From Octopus vulgaris (taxonomy: Eukaryota), in NCBI GenBank assembly GCA_951406725.2, contig OX597825.1:31806001-31870000 (forward strand): a DNA stretch of 64,000 nucleotides. Direction: 5' to 3'. The position numbers were made by a program, and so were the translations under genes. The notes under the pieces were generated by a model. The model saw only the letters and a list, made by a program, of their open reading frames with translations. It ran no database searches and had not been told where the DNA came from. How positions within the stretch are numbered: position 1 is the first letter of the stretch; each line of letters opens with the position of its first letter. Below are positions 12,385 through 24,889 of this stretch, in pieces.

Positions 12385-13665
12385 TTACCCAGGCTATGGT
12401 GGACATCCATTATAAGTTCCATCTGCAAGACAAGGTGACCAAGAACACAACAGACAATGGCAAAATCTTTGTTAAGGCATTTATGCAGTTTGGTACAGAA
12501 GTTGAACTCTTGCCAGACATTCCTGAGGCTGTTGCTGATCAGGACATGGAGGGTGTTGAGGATGTGAATCCTGAGGCTGGAGATGTAGATAAAGTTAAGT
12601 ACATCTCTGTTGATACCATCCTTGATGAATCCAGTGGCCTGGGCCTAAACATGTAGTGCACAGTCTATGCCTTCAACTTAGTGGCCAGTGCGGATGCTGA
12701 TAAAGCTCTTGACAGTGCTTTGTTCAAGTCAGCCTATCAGAAGGCCATGTCCAAGGCACAGCAGCTGTGGAATCTGCAGATCCACAACAGAGTGGCAGCA
12801 GACAGCATTCTGGATGTGTTGAAGAGGTGGCTGGTGATCCCCAACAGTTCCAGATGGAATTCTACTTATGACTCTGTTGTTGTCCTCAACAATCTGCTGG
12901 AGAAGAATAGGGAAGCTCCCCACAAGGTGATGACACAGCTGAAGCTGCAGACCTTCACTGATTCTGATGTTGGCTTTCTGATGGAGTACACCCAGGTGAT
13001 GTCTAATGTTGCCAAGGCTTTGGATAAAATCAAGTGGGAGGACCAGGCTTATCTTAGGATCCTTCTGCCAACTGTAGTGGCTACCATCATGAAGATGAAG
13101 GACACCAAGTTCAAACATCTCCTGTACTGCAGTCCTCTAGTAGACACGATACTAGCAGGCATCACAAAAAGTTTTGGGCTCTTTCCTTAGAAGACCTGGA
13201 GTGCCAGCTGGCCACTGCCTTCCACCCCAAGGTGAAACTTGGGGTGGAAAGCAGTGTTAGCCGGGTTAGCAGAGTAATGAACGCTATGGAGACCATTGTA
13301 GAGACACTCCTAATGGAAGAGGGCCACAGCACTACCGGCAATGAGGATGAGGAAGATGATTCCTTCAGTAACATCACTTGGTTCTGGGAGATCAAGAACC
13401 ATAGGTCACTGAAATCCAAGGTGCAGAACTTGTAGGAGGTGCTGACTGAAGTCACATTTTTGAGTGAGCAGGTCTTGATCGAACTTTTTACCAAGTATAA
13501 CACCACCATCCCATCCAGTGCTGCAGCTGAGCTCCTATTCTCTTAGGTAAAGATATTTTGAGGGCCAAGAGAGCCACCCTGTCAGATGGTAACTTTGACA
13601 GGCTGATGTTTATGAAGGGCAACCAGCATCACATCAAGGCCATGGAGAAGGCCCAGCCAGAGTAG
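12385..13665 (+). pseudogene. hAT transposase pseudogene
   Basis: TTDNGKIFVKAF (TTDNGSNFVKAF motif), CTVYAFNLVA, PNSSRWNSTYD (RWNS motif), PSSAAAELLFS and LRAKRATLSDGNFDRLMFMK (C-terminal dimerisation region). Contains stops and frameshifts. Confidence 0.9.
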
Positions 13666-14489
13666 TACACATTGATCATTATCTGATCTTAGCATAATAC
13701 TTATGTTATACTATACCTTTTTGATTCGTTTAATACTTTTTGTACAGTAAATAAAGTGTATGCTGACTGAAAAACTAATGTTTAATCTCATTTATTCATT
13801 TAATTATTTTTTACACCTTGATCATCATCTGATCTTGGCATGCTATACCTATTTTGGAAAGCTCTATGTCGAAGCTACAACATGAAAATTTCAGCTCTCA
13901 AGGTTTGTTTTTAGGGGTTTTGGAGCCATAAATCCAAACGGAAACTATATTCACACGATAAAAGTTAGTGGTTATCAGTTAGCATCCAGCAATGTTGTAC
14001 ATATGTACATGTATTATATATTATATATTTTTATTCATTTACATTTTTAAATTCTATAGTATATTTTTTACATATTTATATGTATGTATATGTTTTTTTT
14101 TTTATTTATACATATGTATTTGTTATATTTTATATTCTTTGTAAATATGTGTTTGTGTGTGTGTTGAGCTACCAACTCTCAACCCATTCCATCACTACTT
14201 GGTTTGTGGCCTGATCCGCAGCTGACAAGTGGCACACTGTGCACCAGTACAGGTTATGATTTCTAGGTGGAGAGAGTGTGTTTTGTTTAGTACAAGCAAT
14301 TTCCACTTTAAGCAAACTCATAGTGCAAGTCATTCAGTGACGTGAGGACAAATCAAATCTTATAGTGATGAAGTGATAACAAAGGGGACATGTAGAGGAA
14401 GTCACTGGGAACCTTTAGCTTGAACTTTGCACTTTCAACCATGCAGTCAAAAAAATATGAGAAGACAAAGGAAAAAGGGTAGAGAAGCA

Positions 14490-15550
14490 GATATGAGTAT
14501 AGCAACTTGGAATGCATGCATACTTCAGGACTACAAGAAACATCTTCAGCACAAAACAGCTCTTTTTGAGAAGAAAAATGTTAGAATTGCTGTTCTTTCA
14601 GAGAAAAGGCAACCAGATTCTGGTCAGCTAAATGAAGTAGTTGGAGGGTATGCTTGCTTATAGATTGGTAAATCTGAGGCAGAATAAGGGGTGTCTGGTG
14701 TGGGTTTCACTATTAGTAATGATAGTGTACATAAATTAGAATCCTTTCCAAATGGAATTAATGATTGTGTTATGTTATTGCAAATCCCAATTGATCTAGA
14801 AAAATATGCTACATTAGTAAGTGCATACACACCGACGCTTGGTTCCACAGATGTATCTATAGTTAAGTTCTATTCCAATTAACAAATCATTATCATCATC
14901 ATCGTTTAATGTCTGCTTTCCATGCTAGCATGGGTTGGACGATTTTGACTCAGGGCTGGCGAACCAGATGGCTGCACCAGGTTCCAATCTTGATCTGGCA
15001 GAGTCTCTAGAGCTGGATGCCCTTCCTAATGCCAACCACTCCGAGAGTGTAGTGGGTGCTTTTTACATATCACTGGCACGGGGCCAGTCAGGCGGTACTG
15101 GCAACAACCTCACTCGAATCTTTTTACACATGCCACCGGCACAGGTGCCAGTAAGGCGACGTTGGTAACAATCATGCTCGAATGGTGCCTTTTACGTGCC
15201 ACTGACACGGAAGCCAGTTAGCCGCTCTGGCAACAATCACACTCGTATGGTGCTCTTTGCACCCCGCTAGCACGGATGCCAGTCATCGAATTTGATTAAA
15301 CCAAATTCCCACTCAGGATAAAATATTTCCTTTAGATTTTAATACCAATGTTAGATTAGATTACCTTTCTCGACCAAATACTCTTGGTAAGCATCATCTT
15401 GGCAAAATGAACTCAAATGGATTCCTGCTACTATCTTTGTGCTGTGAGTTTGAACTTTTTTTCACTAATACACTTTTCCAACAGTCCAATAGAAACAAAA
15501 TAATTTGGTATCATCCTATTTACTATGTGATTGTCAAAAGCCAAGACAGA
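14490..15550 (+). mobile_element. RTE-clade LINE 5' region (AP-endonuclease domain), split by a SINE
   Basis: MSIATWNACIL, IAVLSEKR, SGVGFTI and YATLVSAYTPTL. Resumes after 15295 with DFN, LGKHHLGKMNSNGFLLLSLC and TNTLFQ. Confidence 0.85.
14888..15295 (-). mobile_element. Family C SINE-like element with internal ~60-bp repeats
   Basis: CATCATCATCGTTTAATGTCTGCTTTCCATGCTAGCATGGGTTGGACG.... Same family as 11946; truncated 3'-end copies at 29064-29118 and 34078-34118. Confidence 0.85.
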
Positions 15551-16085
15551 AATATGATTCATCCCCCAAAATACTAGCCTTGTGCCAAGGTACAAAGACA
15601 CAAATTTTTCTTTCTGAAAGAAAATGATTATTAGAATAGCTTCCAGTTCTTGAATGGTACTTATTGAAAAGCAAAATTAATCATATTGGTGGTGTGCATT
15701 CTGAATGCAAAAAAAATGAGACATAAAGTATTACTGGTATTTATTTTTATTGATTCTGGAGAAATAAAGGGAAAAAAAAAATGGAGACGATGTGAATTGA
15801 ATTTGTACAATGTGTCAATGAAAAATAATAAAGCATTCTGCATAGGATTCCCCTATCTTTGTAATTTCCCTCATTCTACAGATTTTAGTGAAACAAGAAT
15901 TGATTTTTTTTTTAATCAGTTTAAATGATATATATTAATACATTGACAAGAAATAAAAAATGAAATAAAGGAAAAAAAGAACAACCAAAAATTTTCAAAA
16001 AAATTTTTTTTAAATAGCATACTTTTCTGTTAGTAAACGTTTTTTTCTTACGTACACACACGCACACACACATACATGGACTCAC

Positions 16086-16560
16086 TTATTGCCGTTGTGT
16101 GTGTGTGTGTGGGGGGGGGGCGGAATGAGAAAGGCACCAGGTAGTCGTAGAATGTGCTAGAACAAACTTTTCCGCCTGAAAATATTTCTTAAAATACTTT
16201 TTTTTTTTTTTTTCCACCGAAAAGGGCTTCTCCCACCGATTTAAAGAGCGCAAGGCAAAAAAATTGGCCAAAATTGATCCGAAGAGAGTGGAGGTGAAAA
16301 TAATTATAAATTTTCAAAGATTATTTTCATAAAAATCTTTCCCACATCATTTCCAAAGCCGTGGTTATTAAAAAATGGGAAAATCTCCATCAAAATGAAA
16401 AAAAAATCCATCTTATGTTGGTGTCCTGATCCGAAACTCCATTAAAGAATATCAATTGAAGTGACTGTAATTCGAACTCAGTGCGCCAAGGTGGCCACTT
16501 GAAGAAAAAAATGTAACCGAATTACGCAGTTAGAGTATGGCGTAGTAATAATATGCGTAA
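16086..16560 (-). promoter_or_regulatory. Candidate promoter / non-coding first exon of a leftward gene
   Basis: Consensus donor CAATAA|GTGAGT on the minus strand (intron starts at 16085), at the switch from CpG-rich unique DNA to CpG-poor DNA. The upstream limit is a guess. Confidence 0.4.
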
Positions 16561-17420
16561 AATTGTTTCAGTTTAGAAGTGAAAAGGTCGATACTTAAAG
16601 AGTAAACAAATGTTAAAGCGAAAGAAAAGTGAGAAAGATGTCATAACAAAAAGAGAGGGTGGGAGGAAAAAGAAAGATCGAGGTGGACAGATACAGATAA
16701 ATAAAGAGAGGGAAATACAGAGTAAGAGAGAGAAGTATGAGGAAGAGCGAAGAGAGAAAGAAAAAGGGGGAAGAAAAGATACAGACTATAAAGCTGAGAG
16801 GGAAAAGAGTGAGCGAGTAGGAAAGTGAGAAAAAAAGAAACACAGATATTTAGATGGGAGTAATTTATAGACGATAAAAGAGGGGGATAGAGAGAAGATA
16901 AAGATTAAAAGATAATTGAGTTTAGGATAAAAACATAGAAAATGTGTGAGTGAGACAAACAGAAAGAGGAGAGAGGGAGGAAGGATGCGAGGAAATAAGA
17001 GCGAAAAATATAATTACTACAAAACGTAGTGCAAATGTAAGCTAGGAGGAAAGTAGTGCAGTCATTGTAAATAGTTCCAAGATGGTGACTAGGTGTTATT
17101 AAGTCGATGCTGATCCAGCCTAAACGGATAATTTCCTTCGTTGTAAGGTGTGTATTCTATTTATATTGTATTTGTGGTATGCATACATCCATACCTGTAT
17201 AAATATGTTTGAGCCGTATAGAACAGACGTGTGTTTTCTTAGTATTCTCGTATGTCCAAGTCGGTGACAACTGTCATTGATAAAATCTCGTAATGGTCTT
17301 AATCATAATGAAAAAAAAAAAAAACTGTTGGGGGGGAATATTTAGAAAATTCGTGTGTGTGTGTGTCTGTGATATGTAGTATTGACAGGCAGAAGGGATG
17401 GAGTCCAGAAGTAGTGTGTG

Positions 17421-17455
<35 letters not shown>

Positions 17456-17648
17456 AAATTATTGTCGATTATGAAATTGTATCGTTTTTCATTTTGAGTA
17501 AATAAAATGTTAAACTAAACAAAATTACAACCCAATTTTTCAAGCAAAAAATATAATCGAAACCGTAGACGAACTATATATTCTTATGACAACCTGTTCT
17601 GTTAAAGATCTCTTGTAATAAACATTATGTACCAAAGCTGACACTGTC

Positions 17649-17700
<52 letters not shown>

Positions 17701-19879
17701 GACGCACACATTAACGGAATTAAGGCTTTTAAAATACAATATGACATCTATAAATGCACATATCCAAACACTACAAGCAGAAGCAGACACTGTTATAATG
17801 TGTTAAGAGATACAGTATGATGCATATGAGATACAGAAACACTTAATACTATGTGTATACATATTGGTAGAAGCACGCAGTATTATAAACAAACATACAC
17901 TACGACAAAAGTACATGATTATACACACATGCTCACGCGCGCACACTTTATTAGCAACATATACACTGTGTCAGGTGCTCGCTACAACATGTATACATAT
18001 ACACGCATATCACTTCAGATACTAACCACAACGTACACAAATACATACATGGATTAGGCAATTTCCTTAAAACATACATACATACAAGACATTCTCCCCC
18101 ACACAATCGATATAGATACATAGATGCACACTATCTTTATACACACACATATATATATATATATATATACACGCTACATACATTCTACAATACATACATG
18201 CACACACACACAAGTACAAACATACACACACGTATATAGAAAATAAGTGGGAGTGGAGATGAAGGCAAGCGTCGTTTCTGTATTAATTACACATATTAAT
18301 GGATTAATATTTCTTAACACTTCGCTGATATCTTTAGGGGAAAGACAGAAAACCTTACAGTACTCTATTTCTCTTTTTTATGGAATGCAAGGCATGAATG
18401 TCGAGTCAAAAACAAAAGCAATTAAGGAATATCTTATTTACCTAACTGTAACTAGTGTCATAATTCAGATCCCCACCCGAAGTCAACTTTGCCTTTCAGT
18501 CCCTCCCGGGGTCGATGTTATCAATTAACCTCCTCCCCACAAGGACACTGGCCTTAAATCAGAATTTGAAACCTTATTATTTAAACATCACACACAAATT
18601 GTTGACTGTCCTTGTGATGTTCCCCTCAGCTATGCCCCAGTGGCAAATAAAAAATTATTATTATTATTAGCACTAGTTGCTGTTAGTAAATGTCTGGATT
18701 CTCCTGTCCCTGAGAGGATAAATCTTTCTCTTTTGTAGTGTTAGTAATGCATTGGGGGCGATTAAATCGACGAGATGCCTCCCGAAAATCTTAAGCACGA
18801 TTCTGAATTTTATTAACCAAAATGTATCGTCGTATTTATTTTGTTTTACGTTTTTGACTCCATCCCCCTCTCGCCACTCCCGTACTCCTTCTCCTCGAGA
18901 TATGGGACTTCGAAAGACAACCATTCCAAAACTCCACCAGAAATTAGTAGTTGTAGTATTTTACTGAAAAATTCTGCCTTTGAATTCACTTATACTAAAC
19001 TACACTCCTGACAGTATCGCCTCTTAGTTCCTCTCTAGACCTTGTTCCTTCGTGGGAGGTAAACACGAGAAGGGTTTTTTTTTTGTTTTGATTATTTTTT
19101 TCTTTTAATGTCGTAATATGGAAGACTTTTGCAGAATCGACTAAGCCGCAGTTTTCAACATTTAACCCTGACAGACTTGGAAGAACTGTTGGCTGTCTGT
19201 CATGTCACGTCGCCTTATGTTCTGCGTTCAAATCTCACATTGTTGGACTTAACATTTCCCCCTTCGTGAGGTTGATGTTACAACTACCAGTTGCAACGTA
19301 CTGTGTAATTGGTGCCGTTTCAATCTATTTTCTCCCTAGAAAATCTGTCGATCCATAACATAGTTAAAAATTCTTGTCTGTTATCTGTGTTCATTGCCCG
19401 TAGACTGGGGTGTTATGGATTATTTGTGCCCTGCTTTTAAGTGTAGTTGGCACCCCGTATGGTTAAAAACAGAGTTTGGGTCTCTCTCTCTCTTTCTTTT
19501 GTTCCTCTTTCAGTGCCAGATTATGAAATTGTTTTCATATTCCAGTGAGAGGTGTCGATTGTCTCAACCAACCAAAAATCAATGCTATTAATAAACAACA
19601 GTGTGGTGAAATTCTTAGATAGTAGTAGTAACAACACACACCAAATAAAAATATGTTTTGCGCACTAACATCAAAACATTGTTGATTCTTCCAAACAAAA
19701 ACAACCAAGCAACGCAATTACTATTATTATTATTATTTAGTCGGCAGTCGAGCTGGTTGACACCGTTCTTTGGCAACTTTTTTTCTTTCTCACATTCTAG
19801 TAATAAGGGAGGGGAAGTAGTTTTGATTTCGTACACACCCTTCATACACATATCCCTCTGTTTAACTGAGCTAACGTAG

Positions 19880-20465
19880 GGATCCTGTATGTTGTTGTTT
19901 GATCCATTGGAAATAGCAGCCAAATTTCTTTCAATTGACATATCCTCACCGTCTCAGAGAAGAATATTGCATACAGCTGTTCTGGATTCACGTCACACAG
20001 GAAAGAAACAGGTTGGGCATGGTTGAAATGCCTTTGATCGCCTTGTCTGCTCGATCAGGACCAACCCGTGGCCAAACAACAGCCAACAGCACAAGGTCCT
20101 CATATTTGAGAAGAGGGTGCAATCGATTTAATTGACGGCTTTAGTGACTGAATATTATTTTTATTGTATCGATCCCCGGATTCATGGACGGTAAAGGCAA
20201 CCTTGGCGGGATTTGGTTTGGCATTAGCCAACCCAAGAAACAGCACTTCTCAGTGGGATGACAAAAAACCCCCTGTATATGTTTATTCGACCTGTTAGAA
20301 ATAGTAACCAAATCTCTCGCGAAGTATACACTCTCGTCTTAAAAAACAAAGCATTAAACAATATTGTCTTTGATCTATATAAAAAGATGGGGGTGGTCGT
20401 CTCTGGAATGTCTTGGATCGTAGCTTTGGGGTAAAGGAACAACAAACAGTATGTTTAACAACATC
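19880..20465 (+). mobile_element. Two copies of an old SINE-like repeat (family E)
   Basis: GAAATAG(C/T)A(G/A)CCAAAT...G(G/A)AATG...(AAC)n tail. Recurs at about 22920, 33000, 49390-49760, 54850, 56340-57070 and 63000. Confidence 0.6.
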
Positions 20466-21149
20466 CGTGTTAGTACAATGAAGTTATTGTTGTAGTAGGA
20501 TATAAAAAAATATATATACCAGCCCAAACACACACATACACACACACACTCACCATTCATTCAGCACAGAATGAATGACTGAAAAACGGCACATATTTTA
20601 CTAAATGTTTACTAATTGCCGCGACTACTTACTATAAGGGAAGCATGTCATTTATGTGCGCCGTTAATGTATTTCGAGATGCATGGGTACCACAAAAGAC
20701 CCACTTTTCTTCGCCCTTTCTCACTTGAGCAATAGGGTCGGATTTATTATGGGGAAAATTAGCTGTAAGTTGTCTGTCACGGCATATCCAGTAACATCAT
20801 CATTCTCTGATGTTTGTTTATTTTATCAGTTCAACTCTGGTTTGCGACGAAGTGTAAAGTTGGTTCCAGCAAGGATATGCCCCCCACCCCGGGGAGTAGG
20901 CGGTGGGGGTGGAAGGTATTTTCTCCGGTACTGTCATTTGGTAAAGAAAATGCTCTATTTAGTAACATCCCTTTGACTTTATGCCCCAAGTTGATTTCCT
21001 TTTTTAATATTTCCTACCTCGATGAAATTAAATCCTGACCAACTCTACTCTCCCTAAAATGTCTGCACTTGTACTGCAGTTAGACTTCGTTATTTGGTTC
21101 CTTACCGTGGCCCAACATGGCCATATTCAGAGTAGGATGTATGCATAAA

Positions 21150-22625
21150 TACACATGGCTTGGGATATGCTTGAAAGTGATATTACTTGCTCCGCGAATT
21201 CGGGTGACTAAACATGAATATTTAGCCATCAGTGACACCGAAGTCAGCAGATACAGACAGGTAGAGGAGTGTGTCCACATTTTCAACCGGACGCCTACAC
21301 AGACGATAAATTTGTGATCTGCATTGTCGGTCGACCTAGTTAGGCTGGGACTTGTTTCACTGGAAGCAGAGCGTGTCATTCCCGGCACGTTCAACCTACT
21401 GCGACCGGATTAGCGAGCAACTTGTGAGTTTGGTTCACTCTGAAGAGGGCGATTAAGACTAGGATCAATAGGATTTAGCTAAGAAGCAGCGATCGAGAGG
21501 AATAGATTATAGGAGTAGCTTGTGTGTGTAACATAGAGGCGATTAGGAGAGACATCCTGGCCGACATGCCAGTGGCAACAATGGTCCGTTTCCAATTCTT
21601 CAAGACACAACACCAGGGTAGTGAAGGTGCAAATAATAATAATAATTCGTTCTTTGACAGACTCGACCAAATGCATACTTCTACTCAGTCCAAGGTGGTG
21701 GTGATGTGCAACTTTCGAACAGCACTTTTATCAACTGTTTAGAACGGACAGATGACAGAAGCGGACTTTAGTGCCTACCTTAAATAGTCTGACGCAGCTC
21801 TCGAGTCTTGCGAAAAGCCGATAAATGCAACCGACGTGCTGTCATTACCGGAGGAACTCGCCTGGCATTGTTTAATCTACCTTTTACCAGAAATGCTCGT
21901 CAATGCCTTGGTAGACGTCTGCTGTAACTAGCAGAAGAACAAGAGAACTCAGGATATAGATGGCTGAGGAAGGATGCGAACAAGAGGACCATTATTTTGA
22001 ATATTGGTTTAGGTGTTAGCAAGGTGGTTGACGCTTGAGATATTGTAGAGAGGCTGGGTGGGTAACAAACCTAGCTTCGGTGAAGTTCTGGTCCGACGGA
22101 CCAGTTAAGTTTCGGGTGAGGCTACATCTTTAAGAGAAATTCCACAAGCATGGAAGTGCAATCAACTTGGCCTATACCTGATGTATGCGCTTGCTCAGAG
22201 CCCAGTCGTTGCTGTTTGTGGCACTGTCCCACAGCTGTAGTTGCGTGTAAGATGGATCTGCCTGGCAGCCCTCGATATCGGGAAGATCACATCGCTGTCT
22301 CTCTGACCGGAGAGAAGACACTTTTTTCTCTGCTTTTTGGGTGCAACTAAAAAAAATGTGGTGTATGCTTTTGAAACTACCGAGGACAGGCGCTTGACTT
22401 TTTCAATACCACCTGGAGAGGAAGGTGAGTGTCGAAACGGAAGTAATGCCCTCCATTAAATTTGTTGAAAGGTGGATGAGATTGGCGCGAGTGAATCGAC
22501 CCATTCGTTCGGTCATCTGAGGTATGACAGCTTACTTGGTAGTTGGGGTAATCTCGGAGCTGTGGAATTCCTTGATTGACTCTTGATGGTGATCCTTTGT
22601 TTTAACAAAAAAAAAAAAAAAAAAA
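21150..22625 (+). mobile_element. Degenerate, internally deleted Tx1/L1-clade LINE with poly(A) tail
   Basis: Collinear ORF2 motif remnants: TDDKFVIC (end of endonuclease), LVDVCCN*Q, LRKDANK, VLARWLTL, FQYHLERKVSVE and KFVERWMRLARVN. A-run at about 22607-22625. Confidence 0.65.
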
Positions 22626-24033
22626 TCATTACATTTTGTACGTTGTCTAGCGTTGCTTTTATTTCATTCACTCCCACGCTTAATGCAACCCAGATTATTA
22701 GGAAGAGTGCAGTAATAGAATAGCTGGATTATCTCAGGACTTAATACCTCAGTATTTAGTTTCGTTCATCCAAATCATTTAGATTATTTGGTACTTAATT
22801 TATCGATCTCGTAGGAATCGATAAAATAAGTACCAGGCAATTAATACTAAGGTCGATTAAGTGACAATATTCCTCACCCTTTCAACTAATACCAAATTGG
22901 TACAGCGTCGGACTGGTTAGCTAACTGTATTTAGATGGATCCTCAGGCGACCTACTAGGAATAAATCCAATCTCTCACAAATCACTCACTACTATATTAT
23001 ACGAAGCAGCAATCAATCCCAAATATTTCAAACGAAACTGGATTTGCACCGCAGGAACACCTGATCGTTAGAGGTCTGCTTGATCAGGCTATCCGCGGGT
23101 AAACTAATGAATATGAACAGCGAAGTTACTGCTATGTACTTCACACATGCAGTGGGTTTAATTTAGAACTGATGGTTATATAATATCTTTCCTTTAAAAT
23201 ATTTATGAATTGTTAATTAGTAATTAAATATTTTTTAGTAGCATTTACATAGTTTGTTGCAATTTACAGAAATTAGCCGAATGAAGAAATTTAATCAGGA
23301 ACATTCTCAGACAGCATACAAATAGCGGAGCTAAAATTCTAATCACGTTTAAACTCGTATGTGGTTCGTTATTAAATAAATATTTACTAATTGTTGCTAT
23401 ATGAATTAATATGTTAACATTTATATTGTGTGTATTTTATGCCCAAAATATTTTTCTGAAGTCGTAGTCTACGAGACGCGTGTGTGTACAAATATAAAAT
23501 ATGAGTATTTATGTATGTATATGTAGACACATGTGCGCATTACAACAGATCTTATCCACCAGTGAAAGGTGGAGAGCTTGTCTTTAATGTCAGTTAAATA
23601 ATTAATAAGCTGACATTAACTAAATAAGGATCAATGTTAACCAGATTCTAGCACGACTAATCCACTAGCTATATAGTTAGTGGTTGATTGTGTTTAATTA
23701 TTAAAATTGAAAGAGGCTAATGTATGAATACATGTATTTGTGTCTTTCCTTCTCTTTCGTAGAACCAAACACAAGTAGAGTTTTATGAGCAACGTTGTTG
23801 CTTCTCCGAAAGCTAGATCTTTGGATTCGCCTTTCGTATAACTGGCAAAGCATCATGTTTATTCTCCTCTCTCGTCTACAAACCTTGTTTTAACTTGTCT
23901 TCTGCAGATATTGCAAACGCAAGGTGTCAAACCGCTAATATCAAACTATATACTCCCACAAATATACATCTTTGTATTTTGCTTCGCGATTCGTTCACTA
24001 AACACTTCAGCAAGTATCACAGCAAGATACCCG

Positions 24034-24073
24034 TTCTGCTGAGGATATTCATAAGCGCGAAACGTGTTCAGAA
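24034..24073 (+). ncRNA. Degenerate minimal type I hammerhead-like motif
   Basis: TTCTG-CTGAGGA-tattcataagcgc-GAAAC-GT-GTT-CAGAA. Perfect 5-bp stem I, both core boxes and a GUU cleavage triplet, but stem II is largely unpaired. Confidence 0.45.
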
Positions 24074-24239
24074 TTGCCTCGAGCATTTGTCGAGAAAAAA
24101 ATTAATATTAATTAGCTGTCTACTTTTTTTTTCTTTTGGTTTTCGTTTATATTTGACCCTAATGATCCAGTCATTACATGTATTTTTTTTTCTCGTGGTT
24201 GTGAGGGGTGTATGTATTTTGTCTTACACTTTTCAGATT

Positions 24240-24600
24240 TTATTTGTTTTAGTACTGGGGCACTACCTTGAAGGGTTTAGTCGAATAGATCTCAGCACTT
24301 GTTATTTAAGTTTCGTACTTATTCTATCGCCCTTTTTACTGAACCGCTAAGTTCCGGGGACGTAAACAAAGTAGCACCGATTGTCAGGCAGCGAGAAAGA
24401 TGACACAAAGATGTGCGCGCGCATTTTGTGTGTGTACATGTACACATACTACGGGCTTTCAGAATTTCGGTCTACTAAATTCACTCACACAGCATCGGTC
24501 AGCCTGGATCTACAAGTAGAAGCCACTTGCCCAAAGTATTGCGCAGTGGGATTGAACCGGAAACCACGTAGTTGCAAAGAGAGCTTCCACACCACGCAGT
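24240..24600 (-). mobile_element. Family B SINE (diverged, CpGs retained)
   Basis: GAACCGCTAAGTT...GGGGACGTAAAC and CACTTGCCCAAAG...GCAGTGGGATTGAACC. Confidence 0.75.
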
Positions 24601-24699
24601 CCTCCCTCCTTCTCTCTCTATATATAATGTGTGTGTGTAATATTTACGCTCATGCGTATATATATATATTCACTCAACAAGAGTTGTGTTTCGAAAGTA

Positions 24700-24889
24700 A
24701 AGGGACGTAATGAAGTACGTCGTGCTTCAGAACACGGGAACAGTTTCGAACATGAATTTCTGATGTTTTCCTTTTCACTTGATTTACGCTAAAATTGGCG
24801 GATTTCAAAATTAGTCAATTCTCTTGTCACATCAAGTTTTTTTTTTCTACATCTTTCTTTCTGAATAAGCACAACGGCATTGTTTATCC
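24700..24889 (+). promoter_or_regulatory. Candidate promoter / non-coding first exon of a rightward gene
   Basis: Donor ATCC|GTAAGT (24890-24895) in CpG-rich unique DNA with an AAAATTGGCGG (YY1-like) motif, shortly before a long CpG-poor block. Confidence 0.35.

Larger units (their letters stand above)
11853..13994 (+). mobile_element. hAT-superfamily DNA transposon (internally deleted, interrupted by a SINE)
   Basis: Left end CAGTGGTGGGCA followed by repeated GCTAA/TTAGC motifs; decayed right end ...GTTAGCATCCAGCAATG. Transposase remnant inside; no clear TSD. Confidence 0.75.

Noticed and set aside
16610-16990. Lys/Arg/Glu-rich ORF
   Set aside because: Purine-rich low-complexity GA sequence.
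17075-17150. CAAGATGGTG (YY1-like) motif and weak + strand donors
   Set aside because: Motifs are imperfect and no ORF or boundary supports them.
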